Below, in pieces: positions 41,560 to 54,517 of a DNA stretch of 64,000 bases. A program made the position numbers and the translations under genes. The notes under the pieces were generated by a model. That model was not told the origin of the DNA. It saw only the letters and a list, made by a program, of their open reading frames with translations, and did no database searches. The first letter of the stretch is position 1; each line of letters begins with the position of its first letter. The stretch lies in the NCBI RefSeq assembly GCF_009914755.1, contig NC_060928.1; one strand, written 5' to 3'. This DNA comes from the human T2T-CHM13v2.0 reference genome, Homo sapiens.

Positions 41560-42480
41560 CTGAGGCTGGGCGTATTCCCGCGGTGTCCCGGGCTGAGGCC
41601 GGGCGTGTTCTTCCGGTGTCCCGGGCTGAGGCCGGGCGTGTTCCCGCGGTGTCCCGGGCTGAGGCCGGGCGTGTTCCCGCGGTGTCCCGGGCTGAGGCCG
41701 GGCGTGTTCCCGCGGTGTCCCGGGCTGAGGCCGGGCGTGTTCCCGCGGTGTCCCGGGCTGAGGCCGGGCGTGTTCCCGCGGTGTCCCGGGCTGAGGCCGG
41801 GCGTGTTCCCGCGGTGTCCCGGGCTGAGGCCGGGCGTGTTCCCGCGGTGTCCCGGGCTGAGGCCGGGCGTGTTCTTCCGGTGTTCCGGGCTGAGGCCGGG
41901 CGTGTTCCCGCGGTGTCCCGGGCTGAGGCCGGGCGTGATCCCGCGGTGTCCCGGGCTGAGGCCGGGCGTGTTCCCGCGGTGTCCCGGGCTGAGGCCGGGC
42001 GTGTTCCCGCGGTGTCCCGGGCTGAGGCAGGTTGTGTTCCCGCGGTGTCCCGGGCTGAGGCCGGGCGTGTTCCCGCGGTGTCCCGGGCTGAGGCAGGTTG
42101 TGTTCCCGCGGTGTCCCGGGCTGAGGCCGGGCGTGTTCCCGCGGTGTCCCGGGCTGAGGCCGGGCGTGTTCCCGCGGTGTCCCGGGCTGAGGCCGGGCGT
42201 GTTCCCGCGGTGTCCCGGGCTGAGGCCGGGCGTGTTCCCGCGGTGTCCCGGGCTGAGGCCGGGCGTGTTCTTCCGGTGTTCCGGGCTGAGGCCGGGCGTG
42301 TTCCCGCGGTGTCCCGGGCTGAGGCCGGGCGTGTTCCCGCGGTGTCCCGGGCTGAGGCCGGGCGTGTTCTTCCGGTGTTCCGGGCTGAGGCCGGGCGTGT
42401 TCTTCCGGTGTTCCGGGCTGAGGCCGGGCGTGTTCCCGCGGTGTTCCAGGCTGAGGCTGGGCGTATTCTTCCGGTGTTTC
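41560..42480. repeat. 33-bp GC/CpG-rich VNTR, about 28 copies (ctgaggccgggcgtgttcccgcggtgtcccggg)
   Basis: Exact 33-bp period from 41560 to last unit start 42451; about five CpG per unit. Confidence 0.98.
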
Positions 42481-42752
42481 TCACATTCTTGTTTGGGAAA
42501 CTATAACGCGCTGCTCAAAGATCATCTTAATTCTGAAATACCCAAAATCAAAACGCAAGATAGTGAAGGCTATAAAACTCTCACCGTATAAAGATTAACT
42601 GATGCAAAAGAGGCTTTCCATTTATCTATTCAAAACAGATTACTTGCACATCTGTTAGACGCCAGGTCATGGACTCACCTACCTCATTTATGCAGTGCAT
42701 GGTATCTTGAGATACTAATACTTTGTCCTCCCTGGATTTTTTCTTCTCCCCA

Positions 42753-42984
42753 GTGTAGCAGAGTGGGGCATGGGCTATGGAGTCAGCCCGCTATGGCGTG
42801 TTCTACCACTATACCCTCTCCAGCTATTTCACCTGAATGTTACTTAATCTCTTCCTGCTTGAATTTCCTCATCTATAAAATGAAAATCATATCAGTGAGC
42901 ATTAAAGACTTAAGACATAGAAAGCATTTAGAAAAGTGACATCACAGACCTCAGTGCGACTCATTATGATTTGCTATTATTATT
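42753..42984 (+). mobile_element. MIR
   Basis: gcatgggctatggagtcag...ttacttaatctc..tttcctcatctataaaatga...gctattattatt. Confidence 0.75.
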
Positions 42985-43502
42985 CTCTTCTTAGCCCTGA
43001 TTCAAACTGATAGCACTTTCTTGTCTTGGAGAAAGTGTATGACAGAGGAGAAAGTGGAAGTGTTTAGGAAAGTCACTCTGAGGTAAGGGGATCATGCACA
43101 CCAGTGGAAGGCTCTGAGAACATAGCTTGCCAGTGGCTCTGAACCCTCCCAGAAGCCGCCTCCTGCCACAGCCCTGTCCTTGACCAGGAAGGGAACTCTT
43201 GCTAAATACCTCATAGGCCCTGGGTTTCCTCAGCCTGCTCTCAGGGGTCTTCCCTCAAAAGCACAGCTTGTTATTCATGCTATCTCTTCCCCAGGCAACC
43301 AGAACCAGGGCCCTGTCCTGCTCTCCCTTGGATCAGGCCCCCTAGGCCACCAGGTGCTTGACTCAGCCTTAGACAGCCTCAGCTAGTTCTGGTGCAGAGC
43401 AGGTCTTTGACCTGTTCCATAAAGTCCACCGCTTTGCATAAAGTCATTCTCTGTGATCCTACACTCATTTCCCTTCCCGTTACAGGACACGTCCTCACCT
43501 GT

Positions 43503-43675
43503 CAGGAGTAAGCTAGAGCTGGCTTGCACTGGCTAGGGAAGTTGACTATACTAATGCCTTCTAAACTCTGCTCAGTAATGAGATGCTGATAGCTTAAAAC
43601 TGGCCATGGAGGGAGTATTTACACCTCAGAAATGCAACAGATGTACATTAGAACTTTTTTACCCAGCTACCACTC
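43503..43675 (+). mobile_element. MER63-like (hAT-Blackjack) fragment
   Basis: tgatagcttaaaactggccatggagggagtatttacacc resembles ggtagcttgaaatcggccatggtgggagtatttacacc. Confidence 0.6.
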
Positions 43676-44030
43676 TGCCTCAGACCTAGAGGCATAGAAT
43701 TCCCCCACCCTCACTATCTCTGGACCCCTTGGTGTAGACCAGAATCCTGGGCCTTTTGCTTAGTTGGAAAGAAAGGTGGATAATATTCTCCTTAAATGGT
43801 CTCCCATGTAATTCCAATTTCTTCTCCACACTGTTGCCAAAGTTTTCTTTATAAAACACATACTCTAATATGCACAGTTTAAACTTTAACATGATATTCA
43901 CAGTCCTTCTAATCTGGCCCTAACCTTTCTTTTTACTGCTTTTATCTTAACACATATTTATACATTCTCTTCTTGATCCCAGTGATCACTTGCTATTCCC
44001 CAAAGATTACCTGCACTTTCAGGCCTCCAT

Positions 44031-44140
44031 GCCTTTACCTACCCATGGGATGCCCAGCCTTTACCTACCCATGGGATGCCCAGTCTTTACCTATCCATGG
44101 GATGCTCAGCCTTTACCTATCCATGGGATGCCCAGCCTTT
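44031..44140. repeat. 26-bp tandem repeat, about 4.3 copies (gcctttacctacccatgggatgccca)
   Basis: Units at 44031, 44057, 44083, 44109, 44135. Confidence 0.92.
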
Positions 44141-44354
44141 TAGCCTTCTTAGGCCACATTGGAAGAAAAATAATTATCTTGGGCCACACATAAAATATAC
44201 CAACACTAGTGATAGCAGATAAGCTAAAAGAAAAAGAAATCACACACAAAGAAATCTCATAATGTTTTAAGAAACTTTACCAATTTGTATTGGACTGCAT
44301 TCAAAGCCATCCTAGGCCCCATGTGGCCTGGGGGCTACGGGCTAGAACAGCTTG
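44122..44354 (+). mobile_element. MER30 (hAT-Charlie MITE)
   Basis: ggccacattggaagaaaaataattatcttgggccacacataaaatatac...atctcataatgttttaagaaa...cagcttg. Confidence 0.9.
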
Positions 44355-44979
44355 ACCAATACTGTTTCCTTGTCCTAGAAGGTGCCCTGTTTGAAACTGA
44401 CCTCTGAGGCCATCTTCCTGCCTGTGGAGAACAGCCCTGGTACATTCCTTCTTCATCCCTTCAGTAGAACATTAGCAACACCTAATTTTAGATGGCTGTG
44501 CTCATGTTTCCTCTTCCCTGCTAAGTTTTCTGCTCCCAAATGGGCATCTGTATCTTACCTTTATATCTACTAGACCAAGATAGACCTCAGTAAAATATCC
44601 ATGCTCAAAACAACATTTGTGACTAAATTAATGAAGGACTGGAAAAGCCATTGAAAGAAAACAATGGAAACAAAAATTCTTCTTTCTCTTCCCTTCCTGA
44701 ACAATTCATTCCAAAGGCCATTGAGTGGGTTTGGGCAGGAAAGACAACTATGCCACCTATGAGCAGATGGGGACAGAATGAGGTGACCCCCAGCACAGTG
44801 GCAGAGCCTGGGTGGGAAAGGAGGGCAACCAAGAGGGGGCCAGGCAGGAAAGATGCCGGTGTCAGAGCCCAAGCAGGGTAAGAAGGGCACCCACACAGAA
44901 CTATGTCAAAAGATACCAAGCCACCTGAAAGAGGCTCCCATAGCAAAAGCCAGAAAACAAAATCACCATTAAATAAGTA

Positions 44980-45940
44980 ATGGTAACAGGATAAAATTTA
45001 TTGAATAAAATAGAAAACCACAAATCGTCATGATGTAAATAAATATATGAATCAATTGGAGTTTGATGAGGAACCTCATGTTTTTATAGTCTCAACATAC
45101 TTCCCACCAAGTATGTGCTAATTGCAAAGGAAAATAAATAACTTTAATGAATAACTTTAACTTTAGTATATTACATACTAGACAATGTTTGTGCAATAGT
45201 TTATGAACACAAAGTACTATTATTATGGCAGCACTAAATACTCCATCTGCCTGTGGAGTAGACTGGTAGATATTATTTTAATCAAGTGATCCAACTACAC
45301 ATTATCAGTAATGGGACATATCAAAGTTGGGCACCTCCTCTTATGATGCAGTGAGAGAAGAAAGCAAAGTGTCTCTTTTTCACGGTGTTTCCACCATGTT
45401 TTTAGTGGCATTTCTACCAGCGATGCGTATCTTGTATATAATCATGAGGAAACATCAAACAAATCCAAATTAATGGGCATTCCACAGGCATTGGCCTGTC
45501 CTTTTCAAAGTTGTCAAGATAATGAAGGTCAAGGAGAAAATGAGGCACTTTTCCAGAGTGAAGGAAATGAGAAGGCTGCGGTACTCCCTTGACATGTGGG
45601 GATTACAATTTGAGATGAGATTCGGGTGGGGACACAGAGCCAGACCACACCAACATTTAAGTGCAACAGGGATTTCTGAACTTGATACGTTTGCTATGAA
45701 GAATAATATTGTTAGGACAACTAGCAAATTTGAATTGACTCTGCAAATTAAATAGTAGAAACATATCAATATTAATTATCTAATGTTGATGATTATATTG
45801 AGTACATGTAGGAATATTCTTGCTTATAGGAAACACAGCACAGAATAGAACGATGGCGTATTAGATCAGTAATTTGTTCTCAAAAGGATGACGAAAAATC
45901 ATTCTTTGCATTGTGCTTATAACTTTTAGAATAAAAACTA
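44980..45940 (+). mobile_element. L1MC4/5-type 3' end, with two internal insertions
   Basis: tttgatgaggaac...aatcatgaggaaacatcaaacaaatccaaatt...ggcctgtccttttcaaa. Confidence 0.75.
45585..45652 (-). mobile_element. THE1/MST MaLR LTR 5'-end fragment
   Basis: acatgtggggattacaatttgagatgagattcgggtggggacacagagccagaccacacca. Confidence 0.8.
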
Positions 45941-48609
45941 TAAAAATTGTGTTAATGTATAAATTATTTCTAGTAACTGATAATCAGTCTTTTCTGGAGA
46001 ACCAACTATACTGATTCTCTGTGTAAACTACTTTTACTAAGTATTAGCAATAAGACCTTTTGATTTTCTTTCTTTTTCTCTTGGCATATTTGGTGCATGT
46101 TTTTAATTGTAAAAAATCAAATATATGTTTACTTCATAAATATTGTATTTTTTTAAACTTCTGAGTATGAGTATAGAATTTTTATGCTAAGAAAAATAAT
46201 TGCGTTTTGGTTTGGTTTCAGTGCTTTTTTTAAAAAAAATACTAGTAGTAATAGCAAAAATTAATTTCTTTAACAATCTCTTTTCCTAGATCCACATTTG
46301 GTTTTCGGATGTTTGTGAATGGATAAAAGTAGTTTGGTCCCTGTTGCCTCAGGGTGTTTTAAAACCGAAATGGAATATATCAAAGCAGTCAACCACAAAC
46401 ACATACACCTGTGCCCTCAGAAGAGGCACATGGAGCTAAGTGATGACCCTACGCCATGCAGGTACAAACCTGACCTCCCAGCTCCTTTGTCCAGCCCATC
46501 ATCTTCCTGGGAAGCAACATGACTACTTGGGTTTCAGTTGCCCTCTTTTCCTTGATTCTGAGATTATATGTCTTCATATTTTAACATTTCTGAAATAAAG
46601 AGTAATTTTAAAATCTATGTTCAAAGAAATATGATTGCCCGTACATGTATGAGCATAGCTAAATATGTTGGAATAGGTGACAAAATTTTTAGAGCAAGGG
46701 GAGGTAAACCCATGAAGAACCATAAGACAGGCTCAAAAATACTATCTATCAACAGCATCAAGCAGTTGACCTCTCAGAGATCCATGAGTCAAACAAGGAA
46801 GGCATGAAACAACAAGTGCAGACACAGCTTTTTCGATGTGCATGGAAAGCATAGAAGCCAGTCACTGTCCTAGCGCTGAGGAGGCCTGAGCAGGAACATG
46901 GGTTGTAAGATGCAGAAGTCATTGCAATATTGCCATCATGGCAGATACTAGAAAATGATTCAGGAAAAACCTTAGACGTAGGACATGACAAAGGTTTAGA
47001 CTCAAACTTCAGAACATAGCATAAATTGGCATAAGTAAACATATGCTATGGTCAGCATTAAAATTTGTCTACATTTCATGCATTTTAATGCATAAAAGCT
47101 GTATATCTTAAAAATGAGGGTGTCATAGATTTTTTTTAAAAACACCAATTCCATAGAGTTTTCACTGACACAATGACTAAAATGGCCAATCATTCTTCCT
47201 TTTCAAAAGCTAACGATAACATGAACAAGGATGGAGAAATATGGGATTTGAATTCCTAATTCCTTAATGTCTTGAATTAGGACTTAAATCTCCATAAGGA
47301 AAGGGTAGCTGAAGCATTTTCTCAAGGCAATGAGCCTGGGAAAACATGGCACTGTGCAAATAGCATGATGTCATCATCAGATGGCTTCATTCTTCAGTTT
47401 ACGACTTCTCTTTCACTTCCTAATTATTCTCTTCTGTGTGTGCCAGTGGAAGACTAGGTAGGGTTTTCTAATAATGTTGTTATTAGATCTAATTATTAGA
47501 TCTAATAATGTTGTTGACATAGAGTCGGCCCTCAATAAATATTTGCTGAGGGCCAACTAAATAGCTGCTAAATAAATATTTGTTTATTCATACTGACTAT
47601 TTGAATAAAGCAATTGATTGAGTAGAATTAGTTCAACCACACAGAAAAGAGTGTTACTATCCCCTCTGCCCTACACGGCTTCTAACATGGAAAATGTTCT
47701 GAGCTCCATTTTCATTCTGTTTATGAGAACTTTAAGTGTCTTACTGTGGGACTGCTGAAGTTCTGTGAAAAAAATACATCTTACAGATCATATTCAACTA
47801 CAAAAGAAACTTGTCAGAGAGTTTTATTCTTAAAAATGCCAAAACACCTGTTTTGAAAGCTAACCTATAAACCTTTTCCTTTGCAGATTATATTTCATTA
47901 TGCTGTTTTGATTAGAACTCTGTTTTACTACACCCTAGGGTGTCAGCATGAAGAGTGAGGCTGAGATAAAATTCTGATTCATGGACTAATGAAAGTCTTG
48001 ATACTTCACTTCCAACATGACCTTTATCTTCACTCTGGAGCTCTCACTCAAAGAGCTAAAAGGTCTTGCTGGGCTCAGGCATTCTATATTGTCTCTTTCT
48101 TCCACAGTCTAGATGCCAACGTTTGTAATTGTGCAGCAGATGGATATCAAAAACATACAAATTAGATACAAATGGGGTCATATTTGGCCTCTCCAACTTG
48201 GCCTATTCTTTTTTCATCAACAGCAAAGGTGCCCCGTTTCAGCATACACTTCCCATTTGTCAGTCACTGGCTTCTCTGGTTTTGGTGTCCTCTTTAATAA
48301 GGGGGGACAAGCAATCGAATCCGATAAGAAAGGTTTTGGCCCTTATTTTCTCCTGCTGATGAAATTTCCACAAATATTAAAAGAAATATTTTGGCTGTGT
48401 GGACACAATACAAAAATGCAGACTTCTTTTTTTTTTTTTTTTTTTGAAGGACTGTATCTGGTCAAAGTCCACAGGATTGTTTTAACCTAGTCCTTGGATT
48501 AGAGAAATCATAAAACTCATACAGGACTCTTAGGTGTTTACTTCATAGTATCATTTGAAATCAGTAAGCATTAAGTCAGAAACGATGGGCGAGGTAAGGT
48601 ATTATATTA

Positions 48610-48870
48610 AATTAAGTGGTAAAAACAGCACAGAATGTGGAATTCGAAGTTCTGTTCTTGATTTTCAAGCACTGTCCATCAGTTAAAATTAATTAGATGT
48701 GTGACTTTTTCAGAAATTTGACCTCTTCATCCTTAAAACTGAGAATATGTATTTATACCTAATAATATCGAGAACAACATAATCACTATATTTACTTCAC
48801 AAGATTATTTAGAAATTCAAAGAAGATAAGATTTGTGCAATAATTTATGACCACAAAGTACTATTATTAT
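48610..48870 (+). mobile_element. MIR
   Basis: agtggtaaaaacagcacag...gatgtgtgacttt...cttcacaagattattttaga-like core, ending tattattat. Confidence 0.55.
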
Positions 48871-49759
48871 GGCAGCACTAACTCATAAACAAGAAGCCAT
48901 CACGTTTGTTGACCCTACAAAAGCACTGTACCTTCCAATAATTCTAGATACCTGGGAACGTGGCATGATTTCAGTATCCATGCTGCAGGATCATACGCCA
49001 GGGAATGCATACGATCCAAGAAGACATTCTCTTCAGTAGCAAATTCATCATGGTCAGAGGTAAAGGCACGGTTAGAAGCTAACATAGTCATGTGTAACAC
49101 CATAATTAGATTGCTTGAAACTGACCTATGTCCAGTGCCAATATTTCCTAGGTTCTTTTAGGATTGTCCGTAGTTGATTGCAAATTTGAGAATATGGAAT
49201 GAAGATAATATGTACCGTACACAACTTATGGGAAATGTAAACCCACAACATGGTACATTTGCTGTGAAGTCGGTCTGGATCACTTTCAAGGACTCAGAGG
49301 TGGGTAAGCCTACACAAGCCTATTCTGCATAAGTGAAAACTAACTTCAAGGAGCACCTGGTGAAGTGAGGAAGGCCTAGGGCTTGGGAGTGTTTAAACAG
49401 AAACTAAATAACCCTTGGTAAGAAATGTTACAGGAGGGGCTTAATCTTTTGGTAGGAGGTTGGGCCACCTTTGAGGGTTTCGAGTCAGTCTCTGTGACTC
49501 AGTGACGTTGCGTGTTTGATCAGTTTGTGTAACTGGACACTGCAACTAATGAAGTAAATAACACATATAAATTTAACTGAAAATTTTTCCAAGATTCAGA
49601 TGTCAAATTTTATACTGTATAACTTCTCTTAGACCACTTCTGTTGACATTTCTGTAATCTAAAGACAGTATCTGCCTAAATCTTCCCCAAAAACAATAAT
49701 TCTAAAGTTTGATATCCAAAGTTTAAAAAGATGTAGCAATTATTCTCATGCACTCTTAA

Positions 49760-50660
<901 letters not shown>

Positions 50661-50928
50661 AGTGTTATTTCTCTTTTAAAGCTCTTCAAATAAGTTCTTC
50701 TGAATTCCATGGCTACCATTTAATTCAATAAACACATTCTGAGGATTAAGTTGGGCCAGTGTTTTATGATTACTATCAAAATAAGAGAGACTGATGGAGA
50801 CAAAAAACTTCATATGATACACTTTGATGTGTTACATAATATATAATATTTAAATATAATTATATTATTAAACATAATATAATACTTAGAATAATTAAAT
50901 ATATAATTATTGCTGAGTTGCTCTGTTT

Positions 50929-51330
<402 letters not shown>

Positions 51331-51687
51331 TAATCAACGTTCAATATTTCTTAAGGAAAGAAAAAAGGAAGGGAAAGAGTAATGATTAAATGTATTCCTT
51401 ATAAAAATGAGTATAGTTCCCTACTATGCTATTTCTATGAAAAACTTAAATTTGACATCGCTATTTTAGCATTTGTCCTATTTTTTCAGAATATATCCCA
51501 CAGAACAAGACCGAAAAAAAATGGTGATTCTCCAAAGGCCACCAGTGAAGCAGTGATGGAAGTTTGTAGATATCACCCCAAACACACTTAGGCTCCAGGA
51601 GGCCACCTCAACAAATCCTGTGTTCAGTTTGGAGATGGAGACTTTCTTCACCATCCTGACTTGCTCAGTGCGACCTTGGGAAAAGAG

Positions 51688-51856
51688 AAGGATGCAGCTG
51701 AGCTGCTGGTCCTGAGGTGCCTCAACTGCCTGGCCACTGCATGCAAGGATGCGGCTGAGCTGCTGGTCCTGAGGTCCCTCACCTGCCTGGCCACTGCATG
51801 CAAGGATGCGGCTGAGCTGCTGGTCCTGAGGTCCCTCACCTGCCTGGCCACTGCAT
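51688..51856. repeat. 57-bp tandem repeat, 3 copies
   Basis: aaggatgcRgctgagctgctggtcctgaggt.cctca.ctgcctggccactgcatgc at 51688, 51745, 51802. Confidence 0.95.
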
Positions 51857-52368
51857 TCCTCCCGCTGCCTCCCTTGTCTCTGTGGACCCGTCAGACTGCT
51901 GCCTCTGCTGATTAGTGACACAAGACCAACAGTGGTTCTGGAGAGACAAACTACCAAATTACACAGATTTAGCACATACGTGTGGAAAACAAAAAATTCA
52001 GGGCAGAGTTTGGTTTAGGCAGACTTTTGTTAAACAAATACAGTCAAATCTGTTTCGGATGATTATCTACAGAGTTGGACGCCATGAGAAAGTCAATCCT
52101 TTCATAAAAAACATGACTCAAAAGCTCATTAACTATTTTGGAAAAGAAAAACTCAGTAAACTCATAAACTTTAATGAAAAAATTAACATATTAGGTTTTT
52201 TTAATTTAATAATATAATGTCCCTGAAGTTCCATGATATTTCTGAAGAAATTGCCTTGTATGAAGTCACACTGTTGGGGCTCAAGCTAAAAGCCATCAGC
52301 CAACCTCCATGGAAATCAAACACTGGTTTGAGTGGTGGCTTGGGAGAAATACACACCAACAATCAACA

Positions 52369-52509
52369 TGTCCTGTCTCGGTGTGATGTACCTGAGCGTC
52401 CTGTCTCAGTATGATGTACCTGAGTGTTTGTCTCAGTATCATGTACCTGAGTGTCCTGTCTCAGTATGATGTACCTGAGCGTCCTGTCTCAGTCTGATGT
52501 ACCTGAGTG
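52369..52509. repeat. 28-bp tandem repeat, about 5 copies (tgatgtacctgagcgtcctgtctcagta)
   Basis: Directly visible. Confidence 0.92.
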
Positions 52510-54319
52510 ACCTGAATCTTTAAGAGGCAAGAAGCAACTTAGTATGTGGTTCATGTTTTTAAGGAGAAGGGATGGTTTCTCTCCAGGGCTGACAACAGTT
52601 AACAGGCTGAAGATAACACAGAAAATAGGAAAAGCCGCCCTTCTCCTAAATGTTCCATTAAAAGTGAAAAGCTTCATTGCTATATGCAATTGGTTTTGAA
52701 ATCTCCATGACTGGAAGTCAGAAATGTTAGAAGTTAATACACTGTTCGGGGACCAAGTGGACTTCTGATGTTCAGAGGGGATGTTTTCAAGGTGAATCCA
52801 AAGCCTATAAACAAACAAAAAAAAACACTCCATCAGCTATATCAGAAACTTTTTCCATTATCAGAAAACTTATCCGTATAAATTCTTCATTGCTTAAAAT
52901 GACAGACTGAAAGCAAAGCCACATGTTGCTTGCTTCATTGCCTGTTGTGGCAGCTTTTAAATCCCTGCCTTCCTAGGAAGTGACCTCATAAGAAAATCTT
53001 ATAAGACTGTCCTGTGGGGAAATCCTCATAACATTTGGGTTAATGCGCTTACACTGCAGGAGAGGTCACCAGGAACATCCAATCATCAGAAAGTCCTACA
53101 GGGACGTGATGTTACCTGGGTCATGGAAGGATCTCTCTCAACACACATCTGGGGTGTTTTGTGGCATATTCTATAGCAGGCCATGTGGCTTAATAGTTAA
53201 AATATGGGGCTGAAAGTTACGAGGGTTGGGGGATCATATGGCAGCTGAGCTATTGCCTGACACGCTGACCCTACACAACTCATGAGTTCGTGGTACTTCA
53301 GTCAGCTTAGCTGTAAAATTGGGCACAAAGGCCAGACTTTACCAAAACCAGATGTTGGACTCCAGCTCTGTTCCTCAACTAATATCTTTTTTTAATGTGG
53401 CTGTCAAGTCTCAATTTGTGTGTGTGTATGTGTAGCAATATATATAGAAAGGCAAAGGGAAACTGGAGCTTACTCTCCGAGTAAGACTGGCAGGGATGAG
53501 CAAGGTCCAAGAATGCTGGCCCTGACCCATTCCATATCCTAGCCTCTCCCACCTGGCCAGGCTCATGTGTGTCACAGAAGTTGCAGCAGCTTGTGCACAT
53601 TCAGAGCCTACTGTTTGGAGTAAGTTAATTATAACTAGAGTCATTTTTACGTATCCCTAAGAGAGGCCCTTAATGGGTATGAGTCACGGAAGAGCCACAA
53701 ATCCCAGCATATAGATTCATACTGACCCTCCTTAGCTCACTACTTTTCTAGGCTGTGGGTCCCTACCACAAAAATAGTTGGTAGACATCAGTTTCCTCCT
53801 CTTGAGAACAGTAGAAACTCTTTTAGCTGACTTTCTCTGAGGCCAGCTCCCCCAGTTAGCCAAGCTCCCACTTCCTCTGCAAAGCATGCTGAATAATGCT
53901 GCTTCTGGGTCCCAAGCACCCCAGGATACGTGCTCCCCTCTCCCCTCCCAGGTGCTGTTTGGGTACCATGAGTCAGTACCAAGCCCATTTAGGACAGTTG
54001 CCATCGTAATTATCTAAAGAACTATTACTGAAACTCGAGTAAGAGTGCACAAAGAAATTTATTGTTTCCTATTCATTAAAAAACCGAAGTGATTATTTTG
54101 AAATAGCTCAGAAGGGTGAGTTCCTATTAAAAATAGTTACAAAATTACGTAAAACTCCATAAGGGTTTTGCCTTCAGGACACTCTGCAAGTATCTTTAAA
54201 TTCTCACTCCATTTGAAAGAAATGGATAATGCATTAGAGTTGTGCTTTCTGGAAGGAAGACAATTAGGATTACAATCAGCCATCCCACCATGACAGAAAA
54301 GGCCTTGGCTCCATGTGAA

Positions 54320-54517
54320 AAGTTAGCAACAATCTATTGTATGTTTCTAATGAGCTGGAAGAGACGACTTGAGATGTTCCTAACACATAGAAATGATAAA
54401 TATTCAAGGTGGTGGATGCTCTAAATACCCAGACTTGACCATTGCACATTCCATGCATGTAGCAAAATGTCCCAGGTGCCCCATAAATACGTACAAATGT
54501 TACATATTAATTTAAAA
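54320..54517 (+). mobile_element. L1MA-type 3' end
   Basis: caacaatctattgtatgtttc...aacacatagaaatgataaatattcaaggtggtggatg...ccccataaatacgtacaaat. Confidence 0.8.

Noticed and set aside
41468-42591. 320-338 aa ORFs as protein-coding genes
   Set aside because: Open in several frames on both strands only because the unit is 33 bp and GC-rich; no domain or exon structure
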